Assembly: GCA_965242965.1 (NCBI GenBank)
Contig: OZ251518.1
Span: 1,312,001-1,376,000 of the forward strand
DNA length: 64,000 bases
Reading direction: 5' to 3'
DNA from: Candidatus Poribacteria bacterium
Lineage (GTDB): Bacteria > Poribacteria > WGA-4E > WGA-3G
Under the pieces are notes generated by a model that made no database searches, was not told where the DNA came from, and was given only the letters and a program-made list of their open reading frames with translations. Shown piece after piece: positions 10,142-20,066 of the stretch. Within the stretch, counting starts at the first letter, position 1. Every line of letters starts with the position of its first letter. The position numbers and the translations under genes were made by a program.

Positions 10142-10456
10142 TCAATCGTGCCAATAGGGCGGAGGCGGCACAATGCCCGCCAATACGTCAAGTCCCCGCT
10201 TCGTTATCCGCCAAGATCCGTAACCGGCCGATTCCACAAAACCTGCTTCTTTCAAGTCCTGTTTCGCCCAATTACAGCGATGATAAAACCGCTTCAGACC
10301 GGCTGGTAATCTTTCAGCTAACTCTTGAACAGTCAATGAATAATGACCTGCTAGAGCGTCCACAAAGTCCTTCGTCCGCCATATTCTGCTATCACCGAGC
10401 AGTTCAAGAAGAACAGGCTCAATTTCTCTACTCGTAGGCAATGAACTCACAGGCAT
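10142..10456 (-). CDS. Stand-alone Mrr N-terminal winged-helix protein
   Basis: MPVSSLPT..IEPVLL..RFYHRCNWAKQDLKEAGFVES..WRITKRG; strongly similar to the N-half of 4630-5151; RBS GGAGGAG; TTGACA..TATATT upstream at 10495-10524. Confidence 0.85.
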   Translation of the reverse strand: MPVSSLPTSREIEPVLLELLGDSRIWRTKDFVDALAGHYSLTVQELAERLPAGLKRFYHRCNWAKQDLKEAGFVESAGYGSWRITKRGLDVLAGIVPPPPYWHD

Positions 10457-10617
10457 TATCACATCTCCTCCCAATCAATTCAAAATATGTCCATAATATA
10501 CCATATTTCCACTTTTTCTGTCAAACTAATTTTTCCGATGAAAAAAGACTTGCTATCCTCAAAACCTTATAGTATCCTTAAGAACGGTTTGCAGAGCTCT
10601 TTTGGAGGATACCAAAC

Positions 10618-11454
10618 ATGAACGAAGAACTTTTTGTGAGTCAAGAATGGACACCTGTCAACGGATGGACATCCGGAATTGAAGGACCGGCGTGCGATGC
10701 AGAAGGAAATCTATACGCCGTTAATTACGCTCGACAACACACCATCGGCAAGGTAACGCCGCAAGGCGAGGAGAGCGTTTTCGTTGAACTGCCCAACGGA
10801 AGCATCGGCAACGGCATCCGTTTTAATAGCGAAGGCTTCATGTTCATCGCCGATTATACCAACCACAACGTGCTGAAAGTGGACATGGAGACGCGAGAAA
10901 TCAGCGTCTACGCGCACGAACCCAACATGAATCAACCAAATGACTTGGGTATCGGCGCGAACGACATCCTCTACGCCAGCGATCCGAATTGGAGCGAATC
11001 CACCGGACAACTCTGGCGCGTGGATACAGATGGCAGCGTGACGTTGCTTGAAGCGGACATGGGCACCACAAACGGCATTGAAGTCAGTCCCGATGAACGG
11101 ACGCTCTATGTCAACGAATCGGTGCAACGCAATGTTTGGGCGTATGATTTGTCTGCGAACGGGGAAATCAGCAACAAGCGGTTGCTCATCCAATTCCCCG
11201 ATTTCAACATGGATGGAATGCGGTGCGATGTCGCGGGAAATCTCTACGTTACTCGGCACGGGAAAGGCACGGTGGCGAAACTCTCGCCTGATGGAGAAGT
11301 GCTGTTGGAGGTAGAATTAATAGGCAAACTTTGCACCAACATCGCTTTTGGTGGGCGTGATGGATGCACATGCTACGTCACGATGGCGGACCGGGGGAAT
11401 ATAGAGACGTTCCGCGTCGATTTGCCCGGCAGGAGTTGGCAGTTATTGCAATAA
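10618..11454 (+). CDS. SMP-30/gluconolactonase family protein
   Basis: IEGP, PND, NGIEVSPD, DGMRCD, TNIAFGG motifs. Confidence 0.92.
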   Translation: MNEELFVSQEWTPVNGWTSGIEGPACDAEGNLYAVNYARQHTIGKVTPQGEESVFVELPNGSIGNGIRFNSEGFMFIADYTNHNVLKVDMETREISVYAHEPNMNQPNDLGIGANDILYASDPNWSESTGQLWRVDTDGSVTLLEADMGTTNGIEVSPDERTLYVNESVQRNVWAYDLSANGEISNKRLLIQFPDFNMDGMRCDVAGNLYVTRHGKGTVAKLSPDGEVLLEVELIGKLCTNIAFGGRDGCTCYVTMADRGNIETFRVDLPGRSWQLLQ

Positions 11455-11466
11455 TGCGCATCTAGT

Positions 11467-11640
11467 CGTAGGGCGAGGGCCTGTCCCTCGCGATGCCTCG
11501 CGCACGCCAACGATCGCGGGGGACAGGCCCCCGCACTACGGGAAAAAAACGCCTCGCGTTACCGTAGGGCGAGGGACAGGCCCTCGCCAGCGTTTCGCGC
11601 ACTCCAACGATCGCGGGGGACAGGCCCCCGCGCTACGGTA
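11467..11640. repeat. GTAG REP doublets
   Basis: GTAGGGCGAGGGCCTGTCCCTCGC paired with inverted CGCGGGGGACAGGCCCCCGCGCTAC. Confidence 0.85.
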
Positions 11641-11685
11641 AAAAAAACGGCGTGCGTTACCCATGCCTCGGTTAAAAAAATAAAC

Positions 11686-11715
11686 TTGACAAATGCACGC
11701 GATTTTTGCTATTAT
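11686..11715 (+). promoter_or_regulatory. Sigma70-type promoter
   Basis: TTGACA, 18 bp, TGnTATTAT upstream of the LamG gene. Confidence 0.55.
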
Positions 11716-11745
11716 ATCCTCATACAATTCTAACGGAGGAAAATT

Positions 11746-12528
11746 ATGAAACAGTTAGCTCTGATTTTAATTCTCGCTGTGGCTTGCAGCACTTACGCAG
11801 CCGCAGATTTACTCGAAGGCCTCGTGCTTTACATGCCGCTTGACGAAGGCAACGGCAAAAGCACCGAAGACTTCTCGGAAAACGGGTTCACCGGCGAACT
11901 CAACGGCGGCGCGAAATGGGTAGATGGCAAATTCGGGAAGGCACTCGAATTCAGTGCCTCTTCCGATTTTGTCGCCGTTGAAGATGACGCGGCGTTTCAC
12001 ATCGAAGATGAAATCACGCAAGCGGCGTGGATTAACCTCGACAGACTGCCGAGCGCGCATGCCATTGTCTTCGGCACACGCATGGGCGGCGGCGGTAGAC
12101 ACATCGGCTTCGGATACGGTATGAACCCCGGAAACGGCATTAAGGTCTGGACGAACGGTGCCGGCGGCGGGTTCTTGGACATCAATGATAACAAAACCGC
12201 TCTGGATACCGGCAAGTGGTATTACCTCGCCTACACCCACACCTCGGATAACAAGGGGTTGGTGGAAATTTACGTTGATGGCAAAGTAACGCACTCGCAG
12301 GATTCCAACAATCCTGTCGCGCCCGCGGGGGCGACGAGTCAAATCCAGATCGGCACCTGGTCTGGCGAAGCGTGGCCCGGTATCGTTGATGAGGTTCGCC
12401 TCTGGAATCGTGCCCTCTCCGCTGACGAAGTGAAAGAGAGCATGGAACTCGGAATGGCAGAGTTCTTGGCTGTCGATCCGCAGGATAAGCTTGCCACTTC
12501 GTGGGGCAAAATCAAGCGGTTGCGTTAG
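11746..12528 (+). CDS. Exported LamG / concanavalin-like domain protein with C-terminal TSWGKIK tail
   Basis: Signal peptide; LVLYMPLDEG, WVDGKFGKAL, WYYLA, IYVDG, GIVDEVRLWNRALS; ends VDPQDKLATSWGKIK. Confidence 0.9.
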   Translation: MKQLALILILAVACSTYAAADLLEGLVLYMPLDEGNGKSTEDFSENGFTGELNGGAKWVDGKFGKALEFSASSDFVAVEDDAAFHIEDEITQAAWINLDRLPSAHAIVFGTRMGGGGRHIGFGYGMNPGNGIKVWTNGAGGGFLDINDNKTALDTGKWYYLAYTHTSDNKGLVEIYVDGKVTHSQDSNNPVAPAGATSQIQIGTWSGEAWPGIVDEVRLWNRALSADEVKESMELGMAEFLAVDPQDKLATSWGKIKRLR

Positions 12529-12551
12529 GGGGTTTTCCGCCGCCCAATCCA

Positions 12552-13612
12552 CCGTAGGAGAGACCTCCCGGTCTCGATTTCTGCCGCCGGGCGCGCATTG
12601 GGCCCACCTCTGTAGTTCGGGAGCGCCCGCTCCCGAACGGGTCAGGATCAGGCGATCCTGACCTACAGAGGTGAGGAGGTCTGACTCTCCTACGGCGCGC
12701 CATCGGACATTCGCGAGAATCAAGACCGGGAGGGCTCTCCTACGGGACGCTCGCGGGGGAAACCCGCTCGGATGCGCGTGTGGCATCCGAGGGCCCCCGC
12801 GCTACGGTAGCGTGAGGGTTTCTTCACAGCAGAACGGCCCCCCTTCATCGTAGGGCGAGGGCCTGTCCCTCGCCATGCTCAGGTCTATCAAACACCTCTT
12901 TTAGGTCCGTAGGACCTGAATGTCTATAGAAAACGTGCCGCACCCTAGCAAGGTCCGTAGGACCTTAATAAGGTTTATAGTGTTGCATTGAGACCGGGAG
13001 GGCTCGCCTACCGGAAGAAATTGAGACCGGGAAGTCTCTCCTAATGGGGAAACGAAATTGTTCAGGGGGGGCACGAAACCATTTTGACAACAACGAGTTA
13101 TGGATGCCTCTTTAGGTCCTTTAGGTCCTACATGTCTATAGCAGCACGTGTCGTTACGTTTTCAAGGGCCTTTAGGTCCTTAATAAAAACCACGCCGCAT
13201 CTCAAAATCTATTAAGGACCTAAAGGACCTTAGTGTTCTTCGCGATTGCGCGTGCTATAGACATTAAGGTCCTACGGACCTAAAAGACGTTTTTTCCATA
13301 GCGCGAACGATGGCGAGGGACAGGCCCTCGCCCTACGGTGAAGGGGACTGTTTTTTTTCCCGTAGCGCGGGGGGCCTCGGAGGTTTCTATACGCGCATCC
13401 GAGTGGGTTTCCCCCGCGATCGCAGCATGGCGAGGGACAGGCCCTCGCCCTACGATGGAGGGACTGTTTTTTTTCCCGTAGCGCGGGGGCCTGTCCCCCG
13501 CGATCGCAGCATGGCGAGGGACAGGCCCTCGCCCTACGTGAAGGGGAAGCGTTTTTTTCACCGCAGCGCGGGGCATGTCACCGCAACGTTGAGCGATTGA
13601 TGAAACACCCGC
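12552..13612. repeat. Large composite REP-like array
   Basis: At least five REP types, two ATAG modules (about 12900-12970 and 13110-13285), terminal gattgatgaaacacccgc. Confidence 0.88.
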
Positions 13613-13640
13613 ATATAATTGCAAAAGCAGAGAAACTTGA

Positions 13641-14198
13641 ATGAAACCTTACCAATCCATCTTAAAACGGCTAGAAAAAACGGCAAAACAGTATACCAAC
13701 ATCGCACCGGAGAACGGACAATTTCTCGCCATCCTGCTCCGCTCAATTCAGGCGAAAAACGTGCTTGAAGTCGGCACTAGCAACGGCTATTCCACGATTT
13801 GGCTCGCCGCCGCGTTGAAAGATACAGGCGGCAAACTGGTGACGCTGGAGTTTGACCCGGGACGCGCGGAGATGGCTCGCGCACACCTCGCTGAAGCGGA
13901 ACTTGATGACGTTGTGGAGATTCGCATCGGCAACGCGCTGGACGAAATCCCAAAGTGCGCGGGCCCGTTCGATCTGGTATTCCTCGATGCCGAGAAAGGC
14001 GAGTATCGACGGTATCTGGAATTGGCACTGCCGAATATCCGTTCCGGCGGCCTCATCGTCGCTGATGACACCGTCACCATGCGCGATGAAATGCCGGATT
14101 ACGTGGAGTTTGTTTTCAATACACCTCTCCTGCATTCCGTCGATATTCCTTTGGACGATGGCGTAATTCTGAGTTACAAAACTTCTTGCACCCCGTAG
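13641..14198 (+). CDS. O-methyltransferase (Methyltransf_3 family)
   Basis: VLEVGTSNGYSTIW, FDLVFLDAEK, GGLIVADD; stop TAG is the TAG of a GTAG REP at 14195-14217. Confidence 0.92.
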   Translation: MKPYQSILKRLEKTAKQYTNIAPENGQFLAILLRSIQAKNVLEVGTSNGYSTIWLAAALKDTGGKLVTLEFDPGRAEMARAHLAEAELDDVVEIRIGNALDEIPKCAGPFDLVFLDAEKGEYRRYLELALPNIRSGGLIVADDTVTMRDEMPDYVEFVFNTPLLHSVDIPLDDGVILSYKTSCTP

Positions 14199-14239
14199 GC
14201 GCGGTTTCAAACCGCACTTAAAAGGACCCTTAACTTCTC

Positions 14240-15415
14240 GTGAAATCCAAACTTTCAGACAAATCCATTCGCTTTACCGAATCCGTTATCCGCGAGATGA
14301 CGCGGCGCTGCTTGCAACACGATGCAATTAACCTCTCGCAAGGCACCCCTGCATACCATCCACCGGACGAGGTAAAAGCGGCAGCAGTCGCGGCGATTTA
14401 TGAAGGATATAACCAATATAGCATCACGTGGGGTGAACCTGAATTTCGCGAGGCGATTGCGCGCAAAATGACGACGTTTAACCGCATCCCCACCGATGCC
14501 ACTGCCAACGTCACCGTCACGTGCGGTTCGACTGAGGGTATGCTCTCCGCGCTCCTCGCGATTATCAACCCCGGCGACGAGGTAATCATCTTTGAACCGT
14601 TTTATGAGAATTACGGGCCCGATACCATCATCTCCGGCGCGACACCTGTCTATGTGCCGTTGCGAGAGACGCGCGCCTCCAACTTCACTTACGATACCAC
14701 CGAACTCAGAAACGCCTTCTCTGCCAACACGAAGGCGATTATCCTGAACACGCCGCACAATCCCCTCGGCAAGGTATTTACGCAGGACGAACTGCAACAG
14801 ATTGCGGATTTGTGTTGTGAATACGACTGCCTCGCCATCACCGATGAAATTTACGAGCAGATGATTTACGATGGCAACTCGCACATCAGCATCGGTTCTT
14901 TGCCGATGATGCAGGCGCGCACGATTACCATCTCCGGATTAAGCAAGATCTATTCGATGACAGGTTGGCGGTTGGGCTACGTTATCGCGCCTGAACCGCT
15001 GACAGCGGCTATCCGGAAAATGCACGATTTTTTGACAGTCGGCGCGCCGCATCCACTGCAACGCGCCGGCATCGCCGCCCTCAATTTGCCCCAGAGTTAT
15101 TATCAAGAACTCGTCGCAAAATATGATAAGAACCGTCGGCAATTCGCGAGTGTCCTGATGGAGGCGGGGTTTCGGTGTCAACCGCCTGCGGGTGCGTATT
15201 ACATCATGACAGACATCGCCGATTTCGGTTTCCCTGATGACGTGACGTTTGCGCATTGGCTGGTAGAGGAGATTGGCGTGGGCGGCGTGCCAGGCTCTAG
15301 TTTCTATAGCCGCCCAGAACTCGGCAAGACGAAGTTACGGTTTATGTTCAGCATGGCAGAAGAACGGCTCGCCGAGGCCGGCGAACGGCTCATGCAGGTT
15401 AAAGCGAGGATTTGA
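14240..15415 (+). CDS. PLP-dependent aminotransferase class I/II
   Basis: INLSQG, NTPHNPLG, TDEIY, SGLSKIYSMTGWRLGY. Confidence 0.95.
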   Translation: MKSKLSDKSIRFTESVIREMTRRCLQHDAINLSQGTPAYHPPDEVKAAAVAAIYEGYNQYSITWGEPEFREAIARKMTTFNRIPTDATANVTVTCGSTEGMLSALLAIINPGDEVIIFEPFYENYGPDTIISGATPVYVPLRETRASNFTYDTTELRNAFSANTKAIILNTPHNPLGKVFTQDELQQIADLCCEYDCLAITDEIYEQMIYDGNSHISIGSLPMMQARTITISGLSKIYSMTGWRLGYVIAPEPLTAAIRKMHDFLTVGAPHPLQRAGIAALNLPQSYYQELVAKYDKNRRQFASVLMEAGFRCQPPAGAYYIMTDIADFGFPDDVTFAHWLVEEIGVGGVPGSSFYSRPELGKTKLRFMFSMAEERLAEAGERLMQVKARI

Positions 15416-15477
15416 GGATGACGCTTTTGTAAAGGCGGATGCCTCTCTCCAAAGGAGACACCGATAGAGAATTCATC

Positions 15478-17010
15478 ATGGCAAACATTCCCCAACTCAA
15501 CTCTCTTCACTACGGCGATAATCTTCACATTATGCGCGCGTGGCCGGAACGCCTCGTGGACATCGTCTACGGAGATCCGCCGTTTAATTCCAAGCAGAAA
15601 TATCATCAACTTTACAGAATCGAGACCGGGAGGTCTCTCCTACCGGGAGACAACAAAGGCACGCGGTCTGCTTCTCTCAAAGCGTTCGATGATTCGTGGT
15701 TTTGGACACCCGCCGCGCACCAACGCGTGGAAGAACTTATCTCAATGTCCGCGCTCCCTATCCACAAAACGATCGAAGGGCTCTACACGATGCTCGGCGA
15801 TTGCGGACAGATGGCATACCTGAGTTACATGGCACTCCGCATCCTTGAGATGCATCGGCTTTTGAAGGATAACGGCAGTCTCTACCTCCACTGCGATATG
15901 ACGACGAGCCACTACATCAAACCCGTTCTGGACAGCATCTTCGGGCCAAAGATGTTTCGGAACGAGATTATCTGGAGTTACCATCGATTTTCGCGAAACT
16001 CCCGCAAGCAGTTCGCGCGCATGAACGACTCCATCTTCTTCTATTCCAAATCGGAAGATGGGAACACCTTCAACTTCCAGTATATCGAACCTCGCGATAC
16101 CACTCGGTACCAGAAAGGATATCACACCGCGTCAGACAAAGGTGTCAAAAAGTTGCTGGTGTATGACATGGAGAAGGTGAAGCAGGCGGGGGTAGATCTT
16201 GCCAAATACGGTAAGGTTGTGCAGACGCAAGCGCAACGCCCGCTGATGGGGCAAGTCTGGAACGACATTCCGATTCTCAATTCGCAGTCGAAGGAGCGGC
16301 TCGGCTATGATACCCAGAAGCCGCTCGCCTTGCTGGAGCGGATTATCAAAGCCTCTAGCAACGCAGGCGATGTTGTATTGGATCCGTTCTGTGGTTGTGG
16401 CACCACGATAGCGGCCGCACACAACCTCGGTCGGAAGTGGCTCGGCATCGATCTGAATCCGAGTGTGCTTGATGTCATCGTGAGTCAACGTCTCAAGGGG
16501 CATAAGGTGCCGATTACGGGTATCCCTGCGGATTTCGCCAGCGCGAGCCGCCTTGCCACCGATAACCGTCGCCATTTTGAGATATGGGCACTCAATCTGA
16601 TAGACGGCCTCGCGCCGAATGAGATGGGCGGTGCCGATGGCGGTATTGATGGCAAAGGTAACCCTGTCGAAAGCCCTGAGGGGGATTACAAAAAACTCAT
16701 CCTTGGGCAAGTCAAAAGCGGGAAGTATTCGCTCAGTCAACTCCGCGATTTCCTCGGCGTTGTGCAGAGTGAAAACGCCGTGATGGGTATCTATATCACG
16801 CTGGAGGCGTTGACACCCGTTGCGAAAAGAAACGCGGAGACGCTTCTGAGCAAGTTCGGCGAAGTCCAGATCGGGACAGAGGTTTTTCCACGCATCCAAC
16901 TCTTTTCCGTTGAGGCGTATTTTCGGGAGGGCAAACTTCCGCGCATGCCGCACATGAAGAATCCGTATACGGGGAAGCCTTATGAGCGGACGCTGCCGCT
17001 CGGTTTATAG
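15478..17010 (+). CDS. Beta-class DNA methyltransferase::Mrr-like nuclease fusion (copy 2) with in-frame REP insertion
   Basis: DPPFNS..YDTQKP..DPFCGCGT..GADGGIDG..GQVKSG; REP at 15619-15645 encodes IETGRSLLP. Confidence 0.9.
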   Translation: MANIPQLNSLHYGDNLHIMRAWPERLVDIVYGDPPFNSKQKYHQLYRIETGRSLLPGDNKGTRSASLKAFDDSWFWTPAAHQRVEELISMSALPIHKTIEGLYTMLGDCGQMAYLSYMALRILEMHRLLKDNGSLYLHCDMTTSHYIKPVLDSIFGPKMFRNEIIWSYHRFSRNSRKQFARMNDSIFFYSKSEDGNTFNFQYIEPRDTTRYQKGYHTASDKGVKKLLVYDMEKVKQAGVDLAKYGKVVQTQAQRPLMGQVWNDIPILNSQSKERLGYDTQKPLALLERIIKASSNAGDVVLDPFCGCGTTIAAAHNLGRKWLGIDLNPSVLDVIVSQRLKGHKVPITGIPADFASASRLATDNRRHFEIWALNLIDGLAPNEMGGADGGIDGKGNPVESPEGDYKKLILGQVKSGKYSLSQLRDFLGVVQSENAVMGIYITLEALTPVAKRNAETLLSKFGEVQIGTEVFPRIQLFSVEAYFREGKLPRMPHMKNPYTGKPYERTLPLGL

Positions 17011-17013
17011 GGC

Positions 17014-17042
17014 TTGACAAAAGCGCGGGTAAATGTTATATT
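17014..17042 (+). promoter_or_regulatory. Near-consensus sigma70-type promoter
   Basis: TTGACA (17014-17019), 17 bp, TGnTATATT (17037-17042). Confidence 0.65.
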
Positions 17043-17822
17043 AATGAGGGTGTTTCATAAATCGGTGCGTTCGGTAGGAGAGCCCTTCTGGTCTCGATGC
17101 GTTTGGTAGGAGAGACCTCTGGTCTCGATGTGCCCGTAGCGCGGGGGCCTGTCCCCCGCGATCGCCATCGTCACGATGTGTGTCTCCACCTCTGTAGTTC
17201 GGGAGCGCCTGCTCCCGAACGGGTCAGGATCGGGCGATCCTGACCTACAGGGCCTGGCGCATGAACGATGGCGAGGGACAGGCCCTCGCCCTACGATGAA
17301 GAGGGCCGTTTTTCGACTCAGAAACCCTCCCGTTATCGTAGCGCGGGGGCACTCGGATGCCATGCGCGCATCCGAGCGGGTTTCCCCCGCGAGCTTCCGG
17401 TAGACCGCAGCATGGCGAGGGACAGGCCCTCGCCCTACGATGAAGAGGGCCGTTTTTCGACTCAGAAACCCTCCCATTACCGTAGCGCGGGGGCCTGTCC
17501 CCCGCGATCGTTGGAGTGCGCGGACGATGGCGAGGGACAGGCCCTCGCCCTACGATGAAGGGGGCCGTTTTTCGACTCAGAAACCCTCCCGGTACCGTAG
17601 CGCGGGGGCCTGTCCCCCGCGATCGTTGGAGTGCGCGGACGATGGCGTGGAACAGGTTTTCCCACCGCCCTACGATGAAGGGGCTTTCTGCCGCCTATTG
17701 CATCGAGACCGGGAGGTCTCTCCTACGGGGACATCAAGACTAGGAGGTCTCTCCTACCGGGGATGCATCGAGACCGGGAGGTCTCTCCTACGGGAGAAAA
17801 CGAATTATGAAACACCCGCATT
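17043..17822. mobile_element. MITE-like composite REP element with terminal inverted repeats
   Basis: AATGAGGGTGTTTCATAAATCG ... CGAATTATGAAACACCCGCATT enclosing about 15 REPs and internal tandem duplications; no transposase. Confidence 0.75.
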
Positions 17823-17852
17823 TTAACAACAAACGTTCCCAAAGGAGGAACC

Positions 17853-18071
17853 ATGGACACTCCCCTTGAAAACGAAACGTTGAACATCTACAAAACCGAA
17901 GTTGAAGCGTTGCTTCAGCGAAACGAAAAATACCAGACGCTAGGAACGGCGGAATACGCCGCTGTCGTCCGCGCGTTTGAGTTTACATTGGCGCACGGAC
18001 GCGAAAGGGTGCGGGCGCAAATGCTTTACGATATGCTCCATGAAAATCGGGAAGACTCCAATGCAACTTGA
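17853..18071 (+). CDS. Small hypothetical protein (72 aa) overlapping the SMC-like ATPase start
   Basis: RBS AGGAGG; overlaps the next ATG by 11 nt. Confidence 0.7.
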   Translation: MDTPLENETLNIYKTEVEALLQRNEKYQTLGTAEYAAVVRAFEFTLAHGRERVRAQMLYDMLHENREDSNAT

Positions 18072-19914
18072 GAAAATCATCCTCCGCGACTTCGGCTGTT
18101 TTCAAGGCGAACGCGATTTTGAACTCACCGAAGGAGTCAATCTCATTTTCGGTCCGAATTTCAGCGGAAAAAGCACGCTAGTCAACACCATTTTTTTTAC
18201 GTTGACTGGCAAACCGATCTTCCCGCGCGTGGACGCGGCCGCGATAAAGAATCCTTATGCGAAACAAGGCACCGGCACTGCCGGGTTGCAGTTCGCCGAA
18301 AACGGCAGTCAGTATCAACTCTTTCGTGCAACAGGGCGACGCATCCTGCTCCGTTCTTCAAGTGATAGCGGTTGGCAGATTCACTTTGACGACAGCCGTG
18401 TCACGTTCGCCGCTTCACAGTTGCAAGAGCGGTTCGGGCTGTCGCATGAACATCTCGCGCTCACGGCGTTTCTCCGCGAAGGCGAAATTTTCGAGTTCCT
18501 CGCGCGGCAACCGGCAACGCGCCGCGATGTTCTCTACGCGCTCCTCGGCATTGATAGGCTCATGGAGGTGCGCGACCGTTTCATCGAAGCGCGCCGCCTC
18601 GCAAGAGGGGAAGGAAACCGCATCCGCGCGCATCAAAATAGCCTCCGAGTCAGGGCACAAAACCCCAACCAAGCCGAAATTCGGAAAATTGAGGCGAAAT
18701 TGAAGGAATTGGAGGCGGCATACGGCGCGGAAGCCGGCGACGCGGCGTTAATCGCCGAATGGATGCAAAGCCGCGAACGGTTGCAAACGCAATTGGAAAA
18801 CCTCACGCGCCAACAGGAAAACGCGCTGAACGGGTTTGACGATTTGGCGCAAATGCGTCAAATGATTTCCAAGATTGAGGCCGCCGTCGCGGAATCAGCC
18901 GGCATAGAGGGACATCGCGAAATCCTCCTCCAGCAGCTCGGCAGTCTGGAATCACATTTGACGACATTGACTACCGTCTGCGATACCCTCCGCGCGCTCA
19001 TTGAAAGTGAAAACGGACACTGCCCCACCTGTCATCAGAAAGTGGAACCTGCAGTGGTGCAACGCATCATTGACGAGAAGGAGGCGGAGAAGTTGAAGGT
19101 GGCTGCAGACTTGGAAGCGCGACAAAAGCAACTGAAAAAACAGACTGACGAACTGGGCAGTCGAAAGGCGTTGGAACGGCGGCTCCAAACCATTCAAGCG
19201 AACGCAACTCGCTTTGAACAACTCGCAAAAGCGATCGACGAAACGCAGCGCGAATTAGGCGCGCTAGAGGCGCGGTTAAAGGAGAGAGGGGTGGATAGCC
19301 GCGTGCAGGAGAGTCCGCATACCCCAAGAGATAAAGAACGACTGAAAGCGCAAATGGATAGCGAACGGCGGAGGCTTGTAAGCCTCAAGCAACAAGAGGC
19401 AGTGCGCATGGATAGGATGAACGAACTCCAGCGAGTTAATCGACAGGCTGGCAAGGTAGAACAGACACGGCTCAGCCTGGAATTGGCGTGCGAGGGGGTT
19501 GACAAAACCATCGCAACCCTCCAACGGCAAATCCTTCAGCCGGTTGAAGCGGAACTGCAGTCATGGCTTGAGCAGATGGAACTGTTCGGCAGAACGCGCA
19601 TTGACTTGCAGAAACAACACCTGCTCCCTTCCCTCACGATAGATGGCGTGGATAGAAGTCTCATGTTGCTCAGCGGCAGCGAGAAGATGTTCCTCTATCT
19701 CTGCTTCAAAGTTGCGCTTGCCAAGGTGTTGGGCAACCCCGGCTTCTTTGTATTCGATGATCCGACGCTCCATTTGGATGGCGAACGGAAGGCGTTGATG
19801 GTGGATTTTATTCGGCAACTCGCCGAAGAGCACCAGGTCATCGTGACGAGTTATGACGATGAGGTGCGCGCCGGTTTGAAGGACGCGCACCTCATTGAAA
19901 TGCACGCTTTGTAG
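18061..19914 (+). CDS. Rad50/SbcC-like SMC ATPase
   Basis: Walker A GPNFSGKST, long coiled coil with zinc hook CPTC, signature LSGSEK, Walker B/D-loop FVFDDPTLHLD. Confidence 0.9.
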   Translation: MQLEKIILRDFGCFQGERDFELTEGVNLIFGPNFSGKSTLVNTIFFTLTGKPIFPRVDAAAIKNPYAKQGTGTAGLQFAENGSQYQLFRATGRRILLRSSSDSGWQIHFDDSRVTFAASQLQERFGLSHEHLALTAFLREGEIFEFLARQPATRRDVLYALLGIDRLMEVRDRFIEARRLARGEGNRIRAHQNSLRVRAQNPNQAEIRKIEAKLKELEAAYGAEAGDAALIAEWMQSRERLQTQLENLTRQQENALNGFDDLAQMRQMISKIEAAVAESAGIEGHREILLQQLGSLESHLTTLTTVCDTLRALIESENGHCPTCHQKVEPAVVQRIIDEKEAEKLKVAADLEARQKQLKKQTDELGSRKALERRLQTIQANATRFEQLAKAIDETQRELGALEARLKERGVDSRVQESPHTPRDKERLKAQMDSERRRLVSLKQQEAVRMDRMNELQRVNRQAGKVEQTRLSLELACEGVDKTIATLQRQILQPVEAELQSWLEQMELFGRTRIDLQKQHLLPSLTIDGVDRSLMLLSGSEKMFLYLCFKVALAKVLGNPGFFVFDDPTLHLDGERKALMVDFIRQLAEEHQVIVTSYDDEVRAGLKDAHLIEMHAL

Positions 19915-20046
19915 CGCGAATGTATATGCGCAGTCCGGTAGGCGCGGTTTCAAACCGCGCCTCCGGAAAAATGCGCCGAGCATCTAACATGCCGACACCC
20001 TAATCCCCGTGGAAGTTCCCGTAGGAGAGACCTCCCGGTCTCGATG
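19911..20046. repeat. Three single GTAG REPs between convergent genes
   Basis: GTAGCGCGAATGTATATGCGC (TAG is the SMC stop), GTAGGCGCGGTTTCAAACCGCGC, GTAGGAGAGACCTCCCGGTCTCGAT. Confidence 0.75.
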
Positions 20047-20066
20047 CGAGCATGCCGCAACTACCC

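Noticed and set aside
11809-12786. 325-aa antisense ORF and similar shadow ORFs (16132-16953, 22760-23566, 37295-38455, 37908-39134, 45723-46532)
   Set aside because: Opposite well-supported genes, often starting in repeats; expected from codon bias at this GC content
18061-19914. Definite Lamassu or Wadjet call
   Set aside because: No recognisable adjacent effector or JetABD genes; reported only as a hypothesis
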